Assembly: GCA_028690155.1 (NCBI GenBank)
Contig: JAQVBU010000002.1
Location: 21,282-85,281 of the forward strand
From: Alphaproteobacteria bacterium
GTDB taxonomy: Bacteria > Pseudomonadota > Alphaproteobacteria > UBA9219
Reading direction: 5' to 3'
Length of the DNA stretch: 64,000 nt
The translations under genes were made by a program, and so were the position numbers. The notes beneath the pieces are model-generated. The model saw nothing but the letters and a program-made list of their open reading frames with translations, was not told where the DNA came from and did not search any database. Every line of letters starts with the position of its first letter. The first letter of the stretch is position 1. Shown here one piece after another: positions 39,077 through 49,250 of the stretch.

Positions 39077-39921
39077 GAAGATTTCGCCTTGCTTTTTGCG
39101 CACTTTTTCCCGCTCGGCTTGGAAGGCGTTTTTTGAGGAAAAGAAGGTTTGGACACCTTAACCAGAATCAACATCCCGGCCAGAATCATGGGCACGCAAA
39201 GCATCTGCCCCATTGTCGCGCCGAAGTAAAGAAAGCCCAGTTGAGCATCCGGTTCCCGGAAAAATTCAACCCCAAAACGAAAAGTCCCATACAACAAAAG
39301 GAACACACCCGACAAAACCCCGGGACGCGCGCGTATGGCGGGTTTTCGAGATAAGAAGATCATAACGGCAAGCAGAACAAGGCCTTCGAAAAAAGCCTCA
39401 TACAATTGGCTTGGATGTCTTGCGACAGAACCTCCGCGGGGGAAAACGACTCCCCAAGGAAGGTCTGTCGCGCGGCCGAACAACTCGCCGTTGACAAAAT
39501 TGGCCAAACGGCCAAGCCCCAACCCCACCGGCGCAACGCATGCCAAAAGATCCGTAAAGGCCAAAAAGGGAATCTTCTTTATCCGCGTAAAAAGATAGGC
39601 GGCCGCGATAACGCCCAGAATGCCGCCATGGAAGGACATCCCCCCGTGCCAAATTCGGAAAATTTCGAGCGGATCGTTTCTATACTGCGCCACGTTATAA
39701 AAGAGAACATAGCCCAAACGACCTCCCAGCACGACGCCCACGACCGCCCAGACAACAAAGGCGTCATACATCTCCGGCCTCGGGGCCTTCGGATCGCGCC
39801 GCGCCATTGCCATGCACCAATGCCAACCGACGATGAGTCCGGCAAGATAGGCCAACGCGTACCAGCGGACGACCAAGGGCCCTAAAGAGAAAGCGATAGG
39901 ATCGATGTCGGGGAAAGTCAT
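39073..39921 (-). CDS. lgt: Prolipoprotein diacylglyceryl transferase
   Basis: The Lgt signature HGGMSFHGGILG and a multi-transmembrane topology. Confidence 0.9.
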   Translation of the reverse strand: MTFPDIDPIAFSLGPLVVRWYALAYLAGLIVGWHWCMAMARRDPKAPRPEMYDAFVVWAVVGVVLGGRLGYVLFYNVAQYRNDPLEIFRIWHGGMSFHGGILGVIAAAYLFTRIKKIPFLAFTDLLACVAPVGLGLGRLANFVNGELFGRATDLPWGVVFPRGGSVARHPSQLYEAFFEGLVLLAVMIFLSRKPAIRARPGVLSGVFLLLYGTFRFGVEFFREPDAQLGFLYFGATMGQMLCVPMILAGMLILVKVSKPSFPQKTPSKPSGKKCAKSKAKSS

Positions 39922-40042
39922 AGGAGCGATGCGATTCTGTTTTCGGATTGATTAGGATAGCGTCGGATTAAGCTTCTTTACACTTTAATTTAAAATTGTG
40001 ATAGTCCAACTCTTGATTATTCCCTCTCTAAAGGCCTTCATT

Positions 40043-40384
40043 ATGGCAGCACAACATAAGACAATTGTTGATGATCTTCTTTCTCTTGTAGGCACAGCGC
40101 TGGATCGGTTCGCCGAGGCGCGTTCCAGCTTTGAATCCCGTTCTAACGACTTCAACGACCCCACCCACCATAGCGATCGCGTAAGCCGCGATGAATTCGA
40201 CGCCGCCTTCGCCATGCTTGCCAACGCGCGCAATGAGCAGGAAGATCTCGTCGCGCGAGTCACTCGTCTTGAATCGGCTCTCGGCCTTAACTCCGCAAAA
40301 AAAGCTTCAAGAAAAAAGGTAAAGAGGCCCGCCTCAAATTTACCTTCTGTTAAAAAAAGAAAAGCGCCGGCGAGAAAAAAATAG
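40043..40384 (+). CDS. UbiK/YqiC (BMFP) family coiled-coil accessory protein
   Basis: Start at the internal Met (MAAQHKTIVDDLLSL...). About 113 aa, a coiled coil and a basic C-terminal tail. Confidence 0.5.
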   Translation: MAAQHKTIVDDLLSLVGTALDRFAEARSSFESRSNDFNDPTHHSDRVSRDEFDAAFAMLANARNEQEDLVARVTRLESALGLNSAKKASRKKVKRPASNLPSVKKRKAPARKK

Positions 40385-40583
40385 GCCCTTTTCATGCCCC
40401 CGACGCATGAAAAATGAGTCTTTAGAATCGATTAGCTGCAACGCAAAAAGAATCGTTTCGTTTCCGTGCCCTGTGACTCAAAAAGCACGGAAAGATCACG
40501 TTTTTTAAAAAAATGTTTCAAGCCTCTTGCGGCATGACTCCCAAGTTTGATACCCCTTATGACCTCACAAGCGGAGTTCGCCC

Positions 40584-41087
40584 ATGTCGTTTCAAACCGC
40601 CATCGATCAGCAAGTCCTCTCCAACCCCCTCGACATTCTCGAGGAAATCGTTTCTGCCAACGAATGGCTTTTCGACCGCACCAATGATGACGAGCTTATT
40701 GTCGAACTTTCCGGCCGGTGGTGTCATTATCGGATGTTTTTCGTGTGGCAAAAAGAAATCGGCGCGCTTCAGTTTTCCTGTCAATTCGATATGAAAGTTC
40801 CTCCGCAAAAACGCGACGATGTTCACGATCTTCTGGCTATGTTGAACGACCGGATGTGGCTGGGCCATTTCAACTTGGATATGCACCAGAATATGCCCCT
40901 TTTCCGTTATACGGTTCTAACGCGCGGCGGTCGTATGCCGGGGATCGAATCGTTGGAGGATTTGGTTGAGATTGCGCTGACTGAATGTGAACGATTCTAT
41001 CCGGCTTTCCAGCTTGTGATCTGGGGCGGAAAACGGCCCAGCGAAGCTTTGGCGTCGTCCATGATCGACGTTGCCGGATGCGCCTAA
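40584..41087 (+). CDS. YbjN-domain protein (putative sensory transduction regulator fold)
   Basis: 167 aa; the NEWLFDRTNDDELIVELSGRWCHYRMFFVWQ pattern typical of alphaproteobacterial YbjN-like proteins. Confidence 0.6.
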   Translation: MSFQTAIDQQVLSNPLDILEEIVSANEWLFDRTNDDELIVELSGRWCHYRMFFVWQKEIGALQFSCQFDMKVPPQKRDDVHDLLAMLNDRMWLGHFNLDMHQNMPLFRYTVLTRGGRMPGIESLEDLVEIALTECERFYPAFQLVIWGGKRPSEALASSMIDVAGCA

Positions 41088-41177
41088 GCCGCTTTTCTTA
41101 TCGAAGGAAACAGGCTTTCTTCACCTCTGTCTCTATGCTAGAAAAAGGCCTTGTTCCTTTTTGACCTTGGCCATCCC

Positions 41178-42158
41178 ATGCTTGACTCATTCCTCAAAAA
41201 AACGATCGATACAATCGACATTCCCGGTCTTTCATCGCCCTACACAGGCAAGGTTCGTCAAACCTACGACGCCCCGGGAAACCGCAAAATCATCATAGCC
41301 ACCGACCGCCTGAGCGCGTTTGACCGACAAATTACAACGGTACCGTTAAAAGGGCAGGTTTTGACCCAGCTTTCCCGCTATTGGTTCGACGCGACAAAAG
41401 ACGTTTGTCCCAATCATGTTATCGCCTATCCCGATCCCAACGTCGTCGTCTGCCACAAGCTTTCGATGCTACCGGTCGAAGTCATTGTCCGTGGATATCT
41501 GGCCGGCTCGACGGAGACGTCAATTCTCAAAATGTATAAGGCCGGTCACCGAAAAATGTATGGCGCTGTTTTTCCCGATGGCCTGCGCGCGAATCAACGG
41601 CTCGAGAAACCCATCATCACGCCAACAACCAAAGCCTCCACGAACGCGCACGATGCGCCGCTTTCGCCCCAAGAGGTCGCCGAGCGCGGAATCGTTCCCA
41701 AAGACGTTTGGGACAAAGTTTGTTCGTATGCTCTGGCCCTGTTCGCCCGCGGCCAAGACATCGCAGAGAAACGAGGCCTCATTCTCGCCGATACCAAGTA
41801 CGAGTTCGGCCTTCTGCCAAACGGAACGCTTGTCCTCGGCGACGAAGTCCATACGCCTGACAGCAGCCGATACTGGATCAAAGACTCGTATCAAGCAAAT
41901 TTTGAAGCGGGCAAGCCACCCGCGACGTTAGATAAAGACGTCGTACGGCACTGGCTTACGCAACGGTGCGATCCATACAAGGATCCCATCCCCCCTATTC
42001 CGGATTCTGTGCGTCTAGAAACGACAAAAGCCTATATTGCCGTGTTCGAGAAGATGACAGGGCAAACGTTTGTTCTCCCAGACGCCACAGAAGATCCCAA
42101 AGAACGAATCAAAGCCGCTATTAAGGCCTACCTAAACACGACAGGCGCCGCGGACTAG
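41178..42158 (+). CDS. purC: Phosphoribosylaminoimidazole-succinocarboxamide synthase (long-form PurC)
   Basis: YTGKVRQTYD, IATDRLSAFD and LADTKYEFG, the SAICAR synthetase motifs. Confidence 0.85.
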   Translation: MLDSFLKKTIDTIDIPGLSSPYTGKVRQTYDAPGNRKIIIATDRLSAFDRQITTVPLKGQVLTQLSRYWFDATKDVCPNHVIAYPDPNVVVCHKLSMLPVEVIVRGYLAGSTETSILKMYKAGHRKMYGAVFPDGLRANQRLEKPIITPTTKASTNAHDAPLSPQEVAERGIVPKDVWDKVCSYALALFARGQDIAEKRGLILADTKYEFGLLPNGTLVLGDEVHTPDSSRYWIKDSYQANFEAGKPPATLDKDVVRHWLTQRCDPYKDPIPPIPDSVRLETTKAYIAVFEKMTGQTFVLPDATEDPKERIKAAIKAYLNTTGAAD

Positions 42159-42278
42159 AGCCGACCGCAATAAGGTTGGCCTCTTTCGTGCCAACCTTTT
42201 GCGTGAATCGGCTTGGTTAAATAAAGAGCGAGAGCATTGACCAACCGTCCTATCCGGCCAGCCTGATCGGGAAAGGCT

Positions 42279-42725
42279 CTAGCGAGCCTTTTGTCCCGCT
42301 TCCGGGCCATTTTCTTGGCTTGCCCGTCGTTTCATACCATGGCGAAAGCCTTGGCCGTGCGCCGGGGGCGTCAACCCCACTTGAGCAAAGCAGGCATCGA
42401 CAATCGCACGCTGCTCTTGAGTCAAACGAGGCCTTCTTGGCCCCTTCTCTTTCGCCCCACGACCGCGTCCATCGACTGAAGCCTCTGTCGTAGAAGCCGT
42501 TTGCCCGGAACCGTCCCCGGAAGAAGCCTGAGGCCCCCTAGGACCCGTTCCGTCGCGTGGAGGAGACCCTGCCGGAGGCTCCGGTAGAGTTACCCCTTTT
42601 TCAGCCGCACAAGCATGGATGGCCGCCCTCTGCTCATCCGTAGGACGAACCGCCGTTTGGGCATAAACGGACCCCGAAAGAAAAAGGGCGGAACAAAAGC
42701 AAAACAAACTCATTTTCCACGACAT
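42279..42725 (-). CDS. Small secreted hypothetical protein with a duplicated EQRAxxxAC motif and a Gly/Pro-rich linker
   Basis: Signal peptide MSWKMSLFCFCSALFLSGSVYAQT; the repeats EQRAAIHACAAEKGVTLP and EQRAIVDACFAQVGLTPP. Confidence 0.45.
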   Translation of the reverse strand: MSWKMSLFCFCSALFLSGSVYAQTAVRPTDEQRAAIHACAAEKGVTLPEPPAGSPPRDGTGPRGPQASSGDGSGQTASTTEASVDGRGRGAKEKGPRRPRLTQEQRAIVDACFAQVGLTPPAHGQGFRHGMKRRASQENGPEAGQKAR

Positions 42726-42791
42726 CCTGAACCTCCATTTGAAACTGTTCAGTTGTTGAACGCGCGTTATGGAAAAAACATACGGAGAAAA

Positions 42792-43622
42792 TTATAGCTC
42801 ATACGTTGAATCTTGGCCGATATAGAGGCCGTGAGCCCCGGGGACCACTTTAAACTTGTCAGAAATACCCAAAACGGTTTCGGCCCCGCCAAGGATCAGA
42901 AACGAATCTTTGTACATCATCTGGCTGATCGTATCGAGAATGCGCGTTTTTGTTGGACCATCAAAATAAATCAATACGTTACGACAGAAAACGATGTCAA
43001 AAACGCCTTCAACACCCACATTCGTAAGAAGATTACCTTCACGAAATTGGACCATCTGACGAAGGTTTTCCTTAATCTGCCATTTATCGCCCGCGATCTG
43101 TTGAAAATACTTAACCAGATGTGTCACGGGCAAGCCACGCTGAACCTCAAATTGGGAATAAATGCCCGCCCTTGCTCTGGCAACCATTTCTCTGGAAAGG
43201 TCGGTCCCGACAATCTCGATTTTCCAACCTTGAAACTTGGCGGCTTCCTCAAGACAAATCATCGCCAAGGAATAGGCTTCCTGACCGCTCGACGCCGCCG
43301 CCGACCAGATACGGATATGCTTCTTTTCCTTCCTTGCCGATAAAAGGTAGAGCAAAAGCTTTTGCTGGAACAGCACAAACGGCTTTTGATCACGGAAGAA
43401 AAAGGACTCGTTGGTCGTCATGGCTTCCGTAATATCCAAAAGAAGCGGCTCTTCGCGTCTTGCACGAACGGCTTGGGCCATGTCTTCAAGCGATTTAAGA
43501 TTGTGCTTACGCGCAACAGGGAAAAGGCGCGACTCCAGAAGATAGGCCTTTTCCGGCGTTAGAATAAGACCGGAACGTTGCTTCACAAGCGTTGAGAATA
43601 ATTCAAAATCTTCCGGTTTCAT
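42792..43622 (-). CDS. cheR: Chemotaxis protein methyltransferase CheR
   Basis: Start at MKPEDFELF (overlapping cheB in an ATGA-type arrangement); the SAM motif RIWSAAASSGQEAYSLAM. Confidence 0.88.
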   Translation of the reverse strand: MKPEDFELFSTLVKQRSGLILTPEKAYLLESRLFPVARKHNLKSLEDMAQAVRARREEPLLLDITEAMTTNESFFFRDQKPFVLFQQKLLLYLLSARKEKKHIRIWSAAASSGQEAYSLAMICLEEAAKFQGWKIEIVGTDLSREMVARARAGIYSQFEVQRGLPVTHLVKYFQQIAGDKWQIKENLRQMVQFREGNLLTNVGVEGVFDIVFCRNVLIYFDGPTKTRILDTISQMMYKDSFLILGGAETVLGISDKFKVVPGAHGLYIGQDSTYEL

Positions 43623-44785
43623 GCCCTGCTCCCATCCCCCATGCTCCCGGCGCCCCCTTGTATGGCAATACGCTTCACAACAGGGCCGATCTCTCCGACC
43701 GGCAAAACAGCGGAACAAAGACCGGCCATGGCAACAGCGCCCGGCATGCCCCAAACAACGCTGGTCGCTTCGTTTTGAGCAAGAACAGCCCCGCCTGCAC
43801 GAACGACGTCTTCGCTGCCCTTCATCCCGTCCTGCCCCATCCCCGTAAGAATAACGACGAGAATACGGCTTCCGTAAACGCCGACTAAAGACCTCAACAT
43901 GGGGTCGACCGCAGGACGGCAATAATTTTCGGCCGGCGTTTGGGCCAGTTCAACCATAGGCCCCGAAAGCTTTTTCGTCACAAGCAGATGAAAGTCGCCC
44001 GGCGCGACATAGTAATGGCCGGGCTGAAGCGGCATTCCTTCTTTTGCTTCTTCGCAGGAAACGCCACATTCCCTTGCAATATGAGACGCTAAAATCGTTG
44101 TAAACGACGGGGGCATATGCTGTGTGATAACGACGGGTTGCAACAGCTCTTTTCCCATGGCTCGAATGACTGAAAAAAGAGCTTGAGGTCCCCCGGTCGA
44201 TGATCCAATCGCTATAATCTCCGGCTTAAAATGAGGCGTCATGGCCCGTAACGAAAACGCCTTCTTTTCAACCGGCGCAGCATCCGCAACCACGGTCTTC
44301 CTGAAAGGTGTCTTTCGTACGTTGTTTCTCCAGGCACGGATACCCAGCGTTTTAACTTTCTCTCGAAGATCGTGTAGAAAGGCATTGGGCACAGCCATCT
44401 CTCGCGCCGACGGTTTTGGCAAATAATCCGTCGCGCCCAAGGATAAAGCCTTCATGCTGATCTCGGCATTTTTCTGTGTCAGCGTCGACGCCATGATAAT
44501 CTGCACGGCAGGATCAATCTCTTTCAACTTAGGAATAGCCGTCAAACCGTCCATAACAGGCATTTCAATATCGAGAATGACAACATCCGCCGGCGTGCGC
44601 GCCAAAACATCTATAGCGGCTTTTCCATTCGCGGCCGTACCGACGACGTCGAACCCCGCCTCATGGCTGAGAGCGCGCGTTATAAACCCACGGATAACCA
44701 ACGAGTCATCAACAACAATGACACGGACCTTGGGGTCATCATTCGAAACGCCTTTATCGGAAAAAGAGGGATTAAAAGACATCAT
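43619..44785 (-). CDS. cheB: Chemotaxis response regulator protein-glutamate methylesterase CheB
   Basis: N-terminal receiver (VIVVDDSLVIR...ILDIEMPVMDG) and a C-terminal methylesterase (IAIGSSTGGPQAL, HMPP). Confidence 0.9.
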   Translation of the reverse strand: MMSFNPSFSDKGVSNDDPKVRVIVVDDSLVIRGFITRALSHEAGFDVVGTAANGKAAIDVLARTPADVVILDIEMPVMDGLTAIPKLKEIDPAVQIIMASTLTQKNAEISMKALSLGATDYLPKPSAREMAVPNAFLHDLREKVKTLGIRAWRNNVRKTPFRKTVVADAAPVEKKAFSLRAMTPHFKPEIIAIGSSTGGPQALFSVIRAMGKELLQPVVITQHMPPSFTTILASHIARECGVSCEEAKEGMPLQPGHYYVAPGDFHLLVTKKLSGPMVELAQTPAENYCRPAVDPMLRSLVGVYGSRILVVILTGMGQDGMKGSEDVVRAGGAVLAQNEATSVVWGMPGAVAMAGLCSAVLPVGEIGPVVKRIAIQGGAGSMGDGSRA

Positions 44786-44794
44786 GCCTATCCA

Positions 44795-45166
44795 TTAACT
44801 TTCAAGAAGGCCCAGTTGTTCAAGTTTGCCGCGAATAATGTCGGCATCAAACGGCTTCATAATATATTCATTCGCTCCCGCCCCCAAGGCCTCTTGAATA
44901 TGCTCCAAATCGTTTTCTGTCGTACAAAAAACCACGTTCGGAACATCACCCCCGGGAAGCTTTCTAAAGCCATGCAAAAAATCTAGCCCGTTCATAACAG
45001 GCATATTCCAGTCTAAAAGAACAAAGTCCGGCAAAGCGGTCTTGCAAAGGTCCAACGCCGTCTGACCGTTTTCCGCTTCGGTACAGGAATAACCTATGGC
45101 TTCAAAAATCTGGCGGGCAACTTTTCGAATGACTCGGCTATCGTCGACGATAAGACAACTTTTCAT
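44795..45166 (-). CDS. cheY: Chemotaxis response regulator CheY
   Basis: A single receiver domain: MKSCLIVDDSRVIRK...LLDWNMPVMNGLDFL...EYIMKPF. Confidence 0.85.
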   Translation of the reverse strand: MKSCLIVDDSRVIRKVARQIFEAIGYSCTEAENGQTALDLCKTALPDFVLLDWNMPVMNGLDFLHGFRKLPGGDVPNVVFCTTENDLEHIQEALGAGANEYIMKPFDADIIRGKLEQLGLLES

Positions 45167-45272
45167 TTTTGCCCCTTTGTTTTCAACTTGCCCTCTCCAC
45201 CGAGGGGGGCGCAATAAAGCAAGCGCGTGCCTCCTCTATCTTAGGCGCCTCCTCTCTAAAAAGACAAAGCAA

Positions 45273-45770
45273 TTAAGCCGCCTTTGTTTGCTCAAGATGT
45301 AAGAGCCGCGCTACATCCAAAACGACCAAAAGCGTGTCTTTGAGACGATAAATGCCGCTCGACACGTCTTGCCAACGAGGATCAAGGGTCGCCGGATTCC
45401 TTTCGAAATCCACGGAAGGCAAACTCATAACCTCGCCGACCTTGTCCACAACAAGGCTATACAGCTCTCCCTCGTGATCAACGACAACGCTCATACTTGG
45501 CTCGCCACCCTCGCGTGGGGGCAAACTAAGACGCGTCCGGACATCAACCGCTGTCACGATGCGTCCCCGAAGATTTAAAGACCCTAAAACCTCCGATGGA
45601 GCGAGAGGCACATGCGCAATGCTTTGAGTGCCTAAAACATCCTGAACTTTCAATACGGGAATACCAAAAATCTGGTTAGCAACCGTCATGGTGACGAACA
45701 TGCCTTGTTCGGCTTCGTTTGTAGAGGTTATCTGTTTCGAGTCGCTTGAAGAGACGGGAAGGCTACTCAT
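45273..45770 (-). CDS. cheW: Chemotaxis coupling protein CheW
   Basis: About 165 aa of CheW domain: IFGIPVLKVQDVL...IYRLKDTLLVVLDV. Confidence 0.85.
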   Translation of the reverse strand: MSSLPVSSSDSKQITSTNEAEQGMFVTMTVANQIFGIPVLKVQDVLGTQSIAHVPLAPSEVLGSLNLRGRIVTAVDVRTRLSLPPREGGEPSMSVVVDHEGELYSLVVDKVGEVMSLPSVDFERNPATLDPRWQDVSSGIYRLKDTLLVVLDVARLLHLEQTKAA

Positions 45771-48462
45771 GATGGATCTCTCCTTGATTCAACGTTTCAT
45801 GCAGCGCATTCAGAAGGCCTTCGCGATTGAACTTGGCCACATAGTCGGTGAACCCGGCCAAACGACCGCGTTCCAAATCGCGCGGCGTCGCATGGGAAGA
45901 CATAGCAAAGATCGGCAGCTTGCTCCACTTGCCGTTACCCCCGCGCAGCGCCGACACAAAATCGAACCCATTCATACCCGGCATTTCGATATCGCTGACG
46001 ATCGCATCGAAAACAAGGCCTTCATCCTGAAGTTTCAAGGCGTCGTTTGCCGTCTCAACCGAGGTTACATCATACCCCGCAACCGTCAAAAGGGGCGTCA
46101 ACAAGTTGCGGAAAAAGGGACTGTCGTCGACAAGAAGAACACGCCGTAAGGCCTGATCGACCCCGTACGCTGTTTGCTCTTCCCCAAACCAGCTTTGGAA
46201 AGCCTGAGAGAGATAATGCGCAGCGTCCAAAACGTCCGTGGCCCTTTCGTCGATAATGCACGTTCCCAAAGTTCCGGGACGACGCCCCGAAAGATCAACC
46301 TGCAAGCGGGCCTCGACAATATCCAAAATCTCATCAACCATAAGCCCCATGTGCTTGTCCTGATCGGCAAACACCAAAACCGCCTGAGACCCTTCTTTCG
46401 GAACTTCAGCCTCGGCCACAACGGGAATCAAGGGCATCAACTTGCCACGGTATTGAACCATAGGCATTCCTGACGAGTATTCAACCTTTTTGCAATCAAT
46501 CTCTTCAAGCCGTGCAATCAAGGACAAAGGTACAGCCTTCTGCGCGCCGTCGCCCGCCTTAAAGAGCAGAAGCGACTGCGTCCCTCCCGTCTGCGCTGAT
46601 TGCGCCGATGCCGTAGCCTGAGCGTGAATAGCTTGGTTGCTGACGTTACCAACACAGGACACAAGAGCGTTAAGATCCAAAATCATGATCACGCTGCCAT
46701 CGCCCAAAATCGTGTTGCCCGAAAACATGTCGATGTTCCGCAGAATCGGCGCGACCGGCTTGACGACGATTTCCTCCGTATCGAAAACCCGATCAACAAT
46801 GATGCCAAGAGTCGAATTGCCGACTTGAACCACCACGACAAAAGCATTGCCGTTTGCCCGTAGAGTATCTTCGCCGAGGCGAAGCGTTTTGCGTAACGAA
46901 ACCAAGGGCAACAACCGATTCCGCAAACGAAGGACCGGCGTATCGTTAATCATTTCGACGCGATGCTCACTGGTCGGCGACGCCTTGACCAATTCGACCA
47001 CACTGATCTGAGGAATGGCGAAACGCTCCGTGGCGCACTCGACGATCAGCGCCGAAACAATCGCCAACGTCAAAGGAATCTTAATTGAGAACGAGGATCC
47101 TTTGCCCACAACGGATTTAAAATCGACTGTGCCGCCGATGCGCTCGATGTTCGTACGCACCACATCCATGCCGACGCCGCGCCCCGAAACCGACGTCACA
47201 CGCTCGGCCGTCGAAAAGCCCGGCTTAAAAATGAATTGCAGAATCTGCTGCTCGGGCATCGAGGCCAGCTCGGCCTCGGTCGCCAAGCCGCGTGCAAGAA
47301 TTTTCTCACGGATTTTGTCGATGGGAAGACCTCTTCCATCGTCAACGATGTCAATAATGATGTGCCCACCTTCATGGTAGGCGTTGAGCGTGATAACGCC
47401 CGTCTCCGGCTTGCCCGCGCGAAGGCGTTCCTCGGGAATCTCAATTCCGTGATCCGCCGAGTTACGCACCATGTGCGTCAACGGATCCTTGATCAGTTCC
47501 AGAACCTGCCGGTCGAGCTCGGTCTCGGCCCCAAGCATCTGGAGATCAATTTTCTTACTCAACTCATGGGATAGATCGCGCACAATACGCGGTAGCTTGG
47601 CCCACGCGTTGCCAATCGGCTGCATGCGCGTTTTCATCACGCCTTCCTGCAATTCGGACGTGACTTGGTTCAAACGCTGTAACGGCGAGGTAAAGGCGCT
47701 GTCCTTCTCGCCGCGAAGAATTTGAAGCAACTGGTTGCGCGTTAGAACCAATTCGCTCACGGTTGTCATCAACGTCTCAAGCTGATCAACGTTGACACGA
47801 ATGGATTGTTCGGCAACTGAACTTCCGGAAGAAACTTTGTTTCCGCTCTTTCCTGTTCGGTCCGAATCCTTTTCCTGAACGACGGGCGCGGCCGTCGGCA
47901 CCTCTGTATGGAGCGCTTCTTTTTGTGGCACGGTCCGTTCCTTTGGCGCCGGCGCTTCTGTATTTTCCATATTCGCCTGCAAAGCGGCCATATCACCGGC
48001 GGGAACGGGAACAAACCCAAACTCATCCGGCTCTTGCGCAGGAATGCCCTCGCCGACAGAGGCCGGCGCGGCAGCCTCTTTCTTTCTTTCCGCCATGGCG
48101 TTCAACGCCGAAATAAGATCTTGATCATCCCCATCCGGCGATTCCTTCTCGTTTTCTTCAAGATACTCTAAAAGAAGCTTGATCCGATCGATCGATGCCA
48201 AAATAAGGTCGACGGCATCGGGTGTGACATCAAGCTCGTGGTCTCGGAATTTTCCAAGAACGTTTTCCCCGGCATGCGCCAGACGCTCCAGCCTAGGAAG
48301 CCCCAAAAAACCACAAGTCCCTTTGATCGTATGAACAAGCCTGAAAATGCTTCCGATAATCTCGGGGTCCTCGGGGTTCTTTTCGAGCCGGACCAACTCG
48401 ACATCAAGTGTCGACAAATTTTCGGAAGTTTCGGTCAGGAAATCCTTAAGAAGGTCATCCAT
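45763..48462 (-). CDS. cheA: Hybrid chemotaxis histidine kinase CheA with a C-terminal receiver domain
   Basis: P1 Hpt (HTIKGTCGFLGL), dimerisation domain, HATPase (GRGVGMDVV), a CheW-like P5, and a C-terminal REC (VLLVDDSPFFR...SDIEMPGMNGFDF). Confidence 0.92.
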   Translation of the reverse strand: MDDLLKDFLTETSENLSTLDVELVRLEKNPEDPEIIGSIFRLVHTIKGTCGFLGLPRLERLAHAGENVLGKFRDHELDVTPDAVDLILASIDRIKLLLEYLEENEKESPDGDDQDLISALNAMAERKKEAAAPASVGEGIPAQEPDEFGFVPVPAGDMAALQANMENTEAPAPKERTVPQKEALHTEVPTAAPVVQEKDSDRTGKSGNKVSSGSSVAEQSIRVNVDQLETLMTTVSELVLTRNQLLQILRGEKDSAFTSPLQRLNQVTSELQEGVMKTRMQPIGNAWAKLPRIVRDLSHELSKKIDLQMLGAETELDRQVLELIKDPLTHMVRNSADHGIEIPEERLRAGKPETGVITLNAYHEGGHIIIDIVDDGRGLPIDKIREKILARGLATEAELASMPEQQILQFIFKPGFSTAERVTSVSGRGVGMDVVRTNIERIGGTVDFKSVVGKGSSFSIKIPLTLAIVSALIVECATERFAIPQISVVELVKASPTSEHRVEMINDTPVLRLRNRLLPLVSLRKTLRLGEDTLRANGNAFVVVVQVGNSTLGIIVDRVFDTEEIVVKPVAPILRNIDMFSGNTILGDGSVIMILDLNALVSCVGNVSNQAIHAQATASAQSAQTGGTQSLLLFKAGDGAQKAVPLSLIARLEEIDCKKVEYSSGMPMVQYRGKLMPLIPVVAEAEVPKEGSQAVLVFADQDKHMGLMVDEILDIVEARLQVDLSGRRPGTLGTCIIDERATDVLDAAHYLSQAFQSWFGEEQTAYGVDQALRRVLLVDDSPFFRNLLTPLLTVAGYDVTSVETANDALKLQDEGLVFDAIVSDIEMPGMNGFDFVSALRGGNGKWSKLPIFAMSSHATPRDLERGRLAGFTDYVAKFNREGLLNALHETLNQGEIHHE

Positions 48463-48533
48463 TGGGCGTTTCCTTTAAAGCGAGACAAGCTCTGTATGGC
48501 AAAAGTCCACAGGGTGTGTTGAGATCACCCCCC

Positions 48534-49250
48534 TTAAGAAACCTTTACATCCTGTATACATGGCTCATCGTTGGGGAGGGAGAGAAGAAGGTTGAGGGTG
48601 TCGGGAATCGAATGGTCGTGGCCAAGTTTAAGGCAAAAATGTTCGGCAAATCTACCCGTCACATAAGCTTGGACGCTACGAGGCGATATATCGTCGACTG
48701 ACGCCGAGCCTTCCAACGCTTCCTGCAAATTTAAAGACAACGCAGCATTTCTTCCCGCGATTTCGATGCGACATCCCGTCTTATCTCCTTTGAGCCCGGA
48801 AATTGCATGCAAAGAAATGGTTCCTCCGTAAGCCAAGGTTTCTTCAGCAAGCAAAATAAGATTGAGAAGCGTTTTTAAAAACCCCTGACAATCCTCCAAA
48901 TTATTGCTGAGGAGATCTTCTGGCCAAACAAGCTTTATTTTTGAACCGGTTAAATACTGTTCAGCCACCTGACGAACGTCGCGCACGGCAAGCTGAACAT
49001 CGCTTCCGGCCCGTCCATAAGCTAAACGGTAAACCCTTAATCTCCTTGCCGCCTTGTTCCCGCTATCACGGATAAGTTTCATCGCATCGTCGATGACCGA
49101 GCCCCCGACATCTTCGATGAGCTCGACCCCGTTATTGATGGCGCTCACGGGGCTCACCAAATCGTGGCACAACTTCGAAGCTAAAAGTTCCATGATTCGC
49201 ACATCGATCTGCATAAAGCCGCCGTCTATTTGAAGGTTTTGCAAAGACAT
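48534..49250 (-). CDS. ChpT-like histidine phosphotransferase (HPTransfase family)
   Basis: LASKLCHDLVSPVSAINNGVELIED closely parallels Caulobacter ChpT's LAARLCHDFISPASAIVSGLDLLED. About 230 aa. The true start may be an internal Met (about 49214). Confidence 0.75.
   Translation of the reverse strand: MSLQNLQIDGGFMQIDVRIMELLASKLCHDLVSPVSAINNGVELIEDVGGSVIDDAMKLIRDSGNKAARRLRVYRLAYGRAGSDVQLAVRDVRQVAEQYLTGSKIKLVWPEDLLSNNLEDCQGFLKTLLNLILLAEETLAYGGTISLHAISGLKGDKTGCRIEIAGRNAALSLNLQEALEGSASVDDISPRSVQAYVTGRFAEHFCLKLGHDHSIPDTLNLLLSLPNDEPCIQDVKVS

Noticed and set aside
38000-39136. 378-aa plus-strand ORF
   Set aside because: Antisense to the MidA-family methyltransferase and the lgt 3' end; Arg-rich product.
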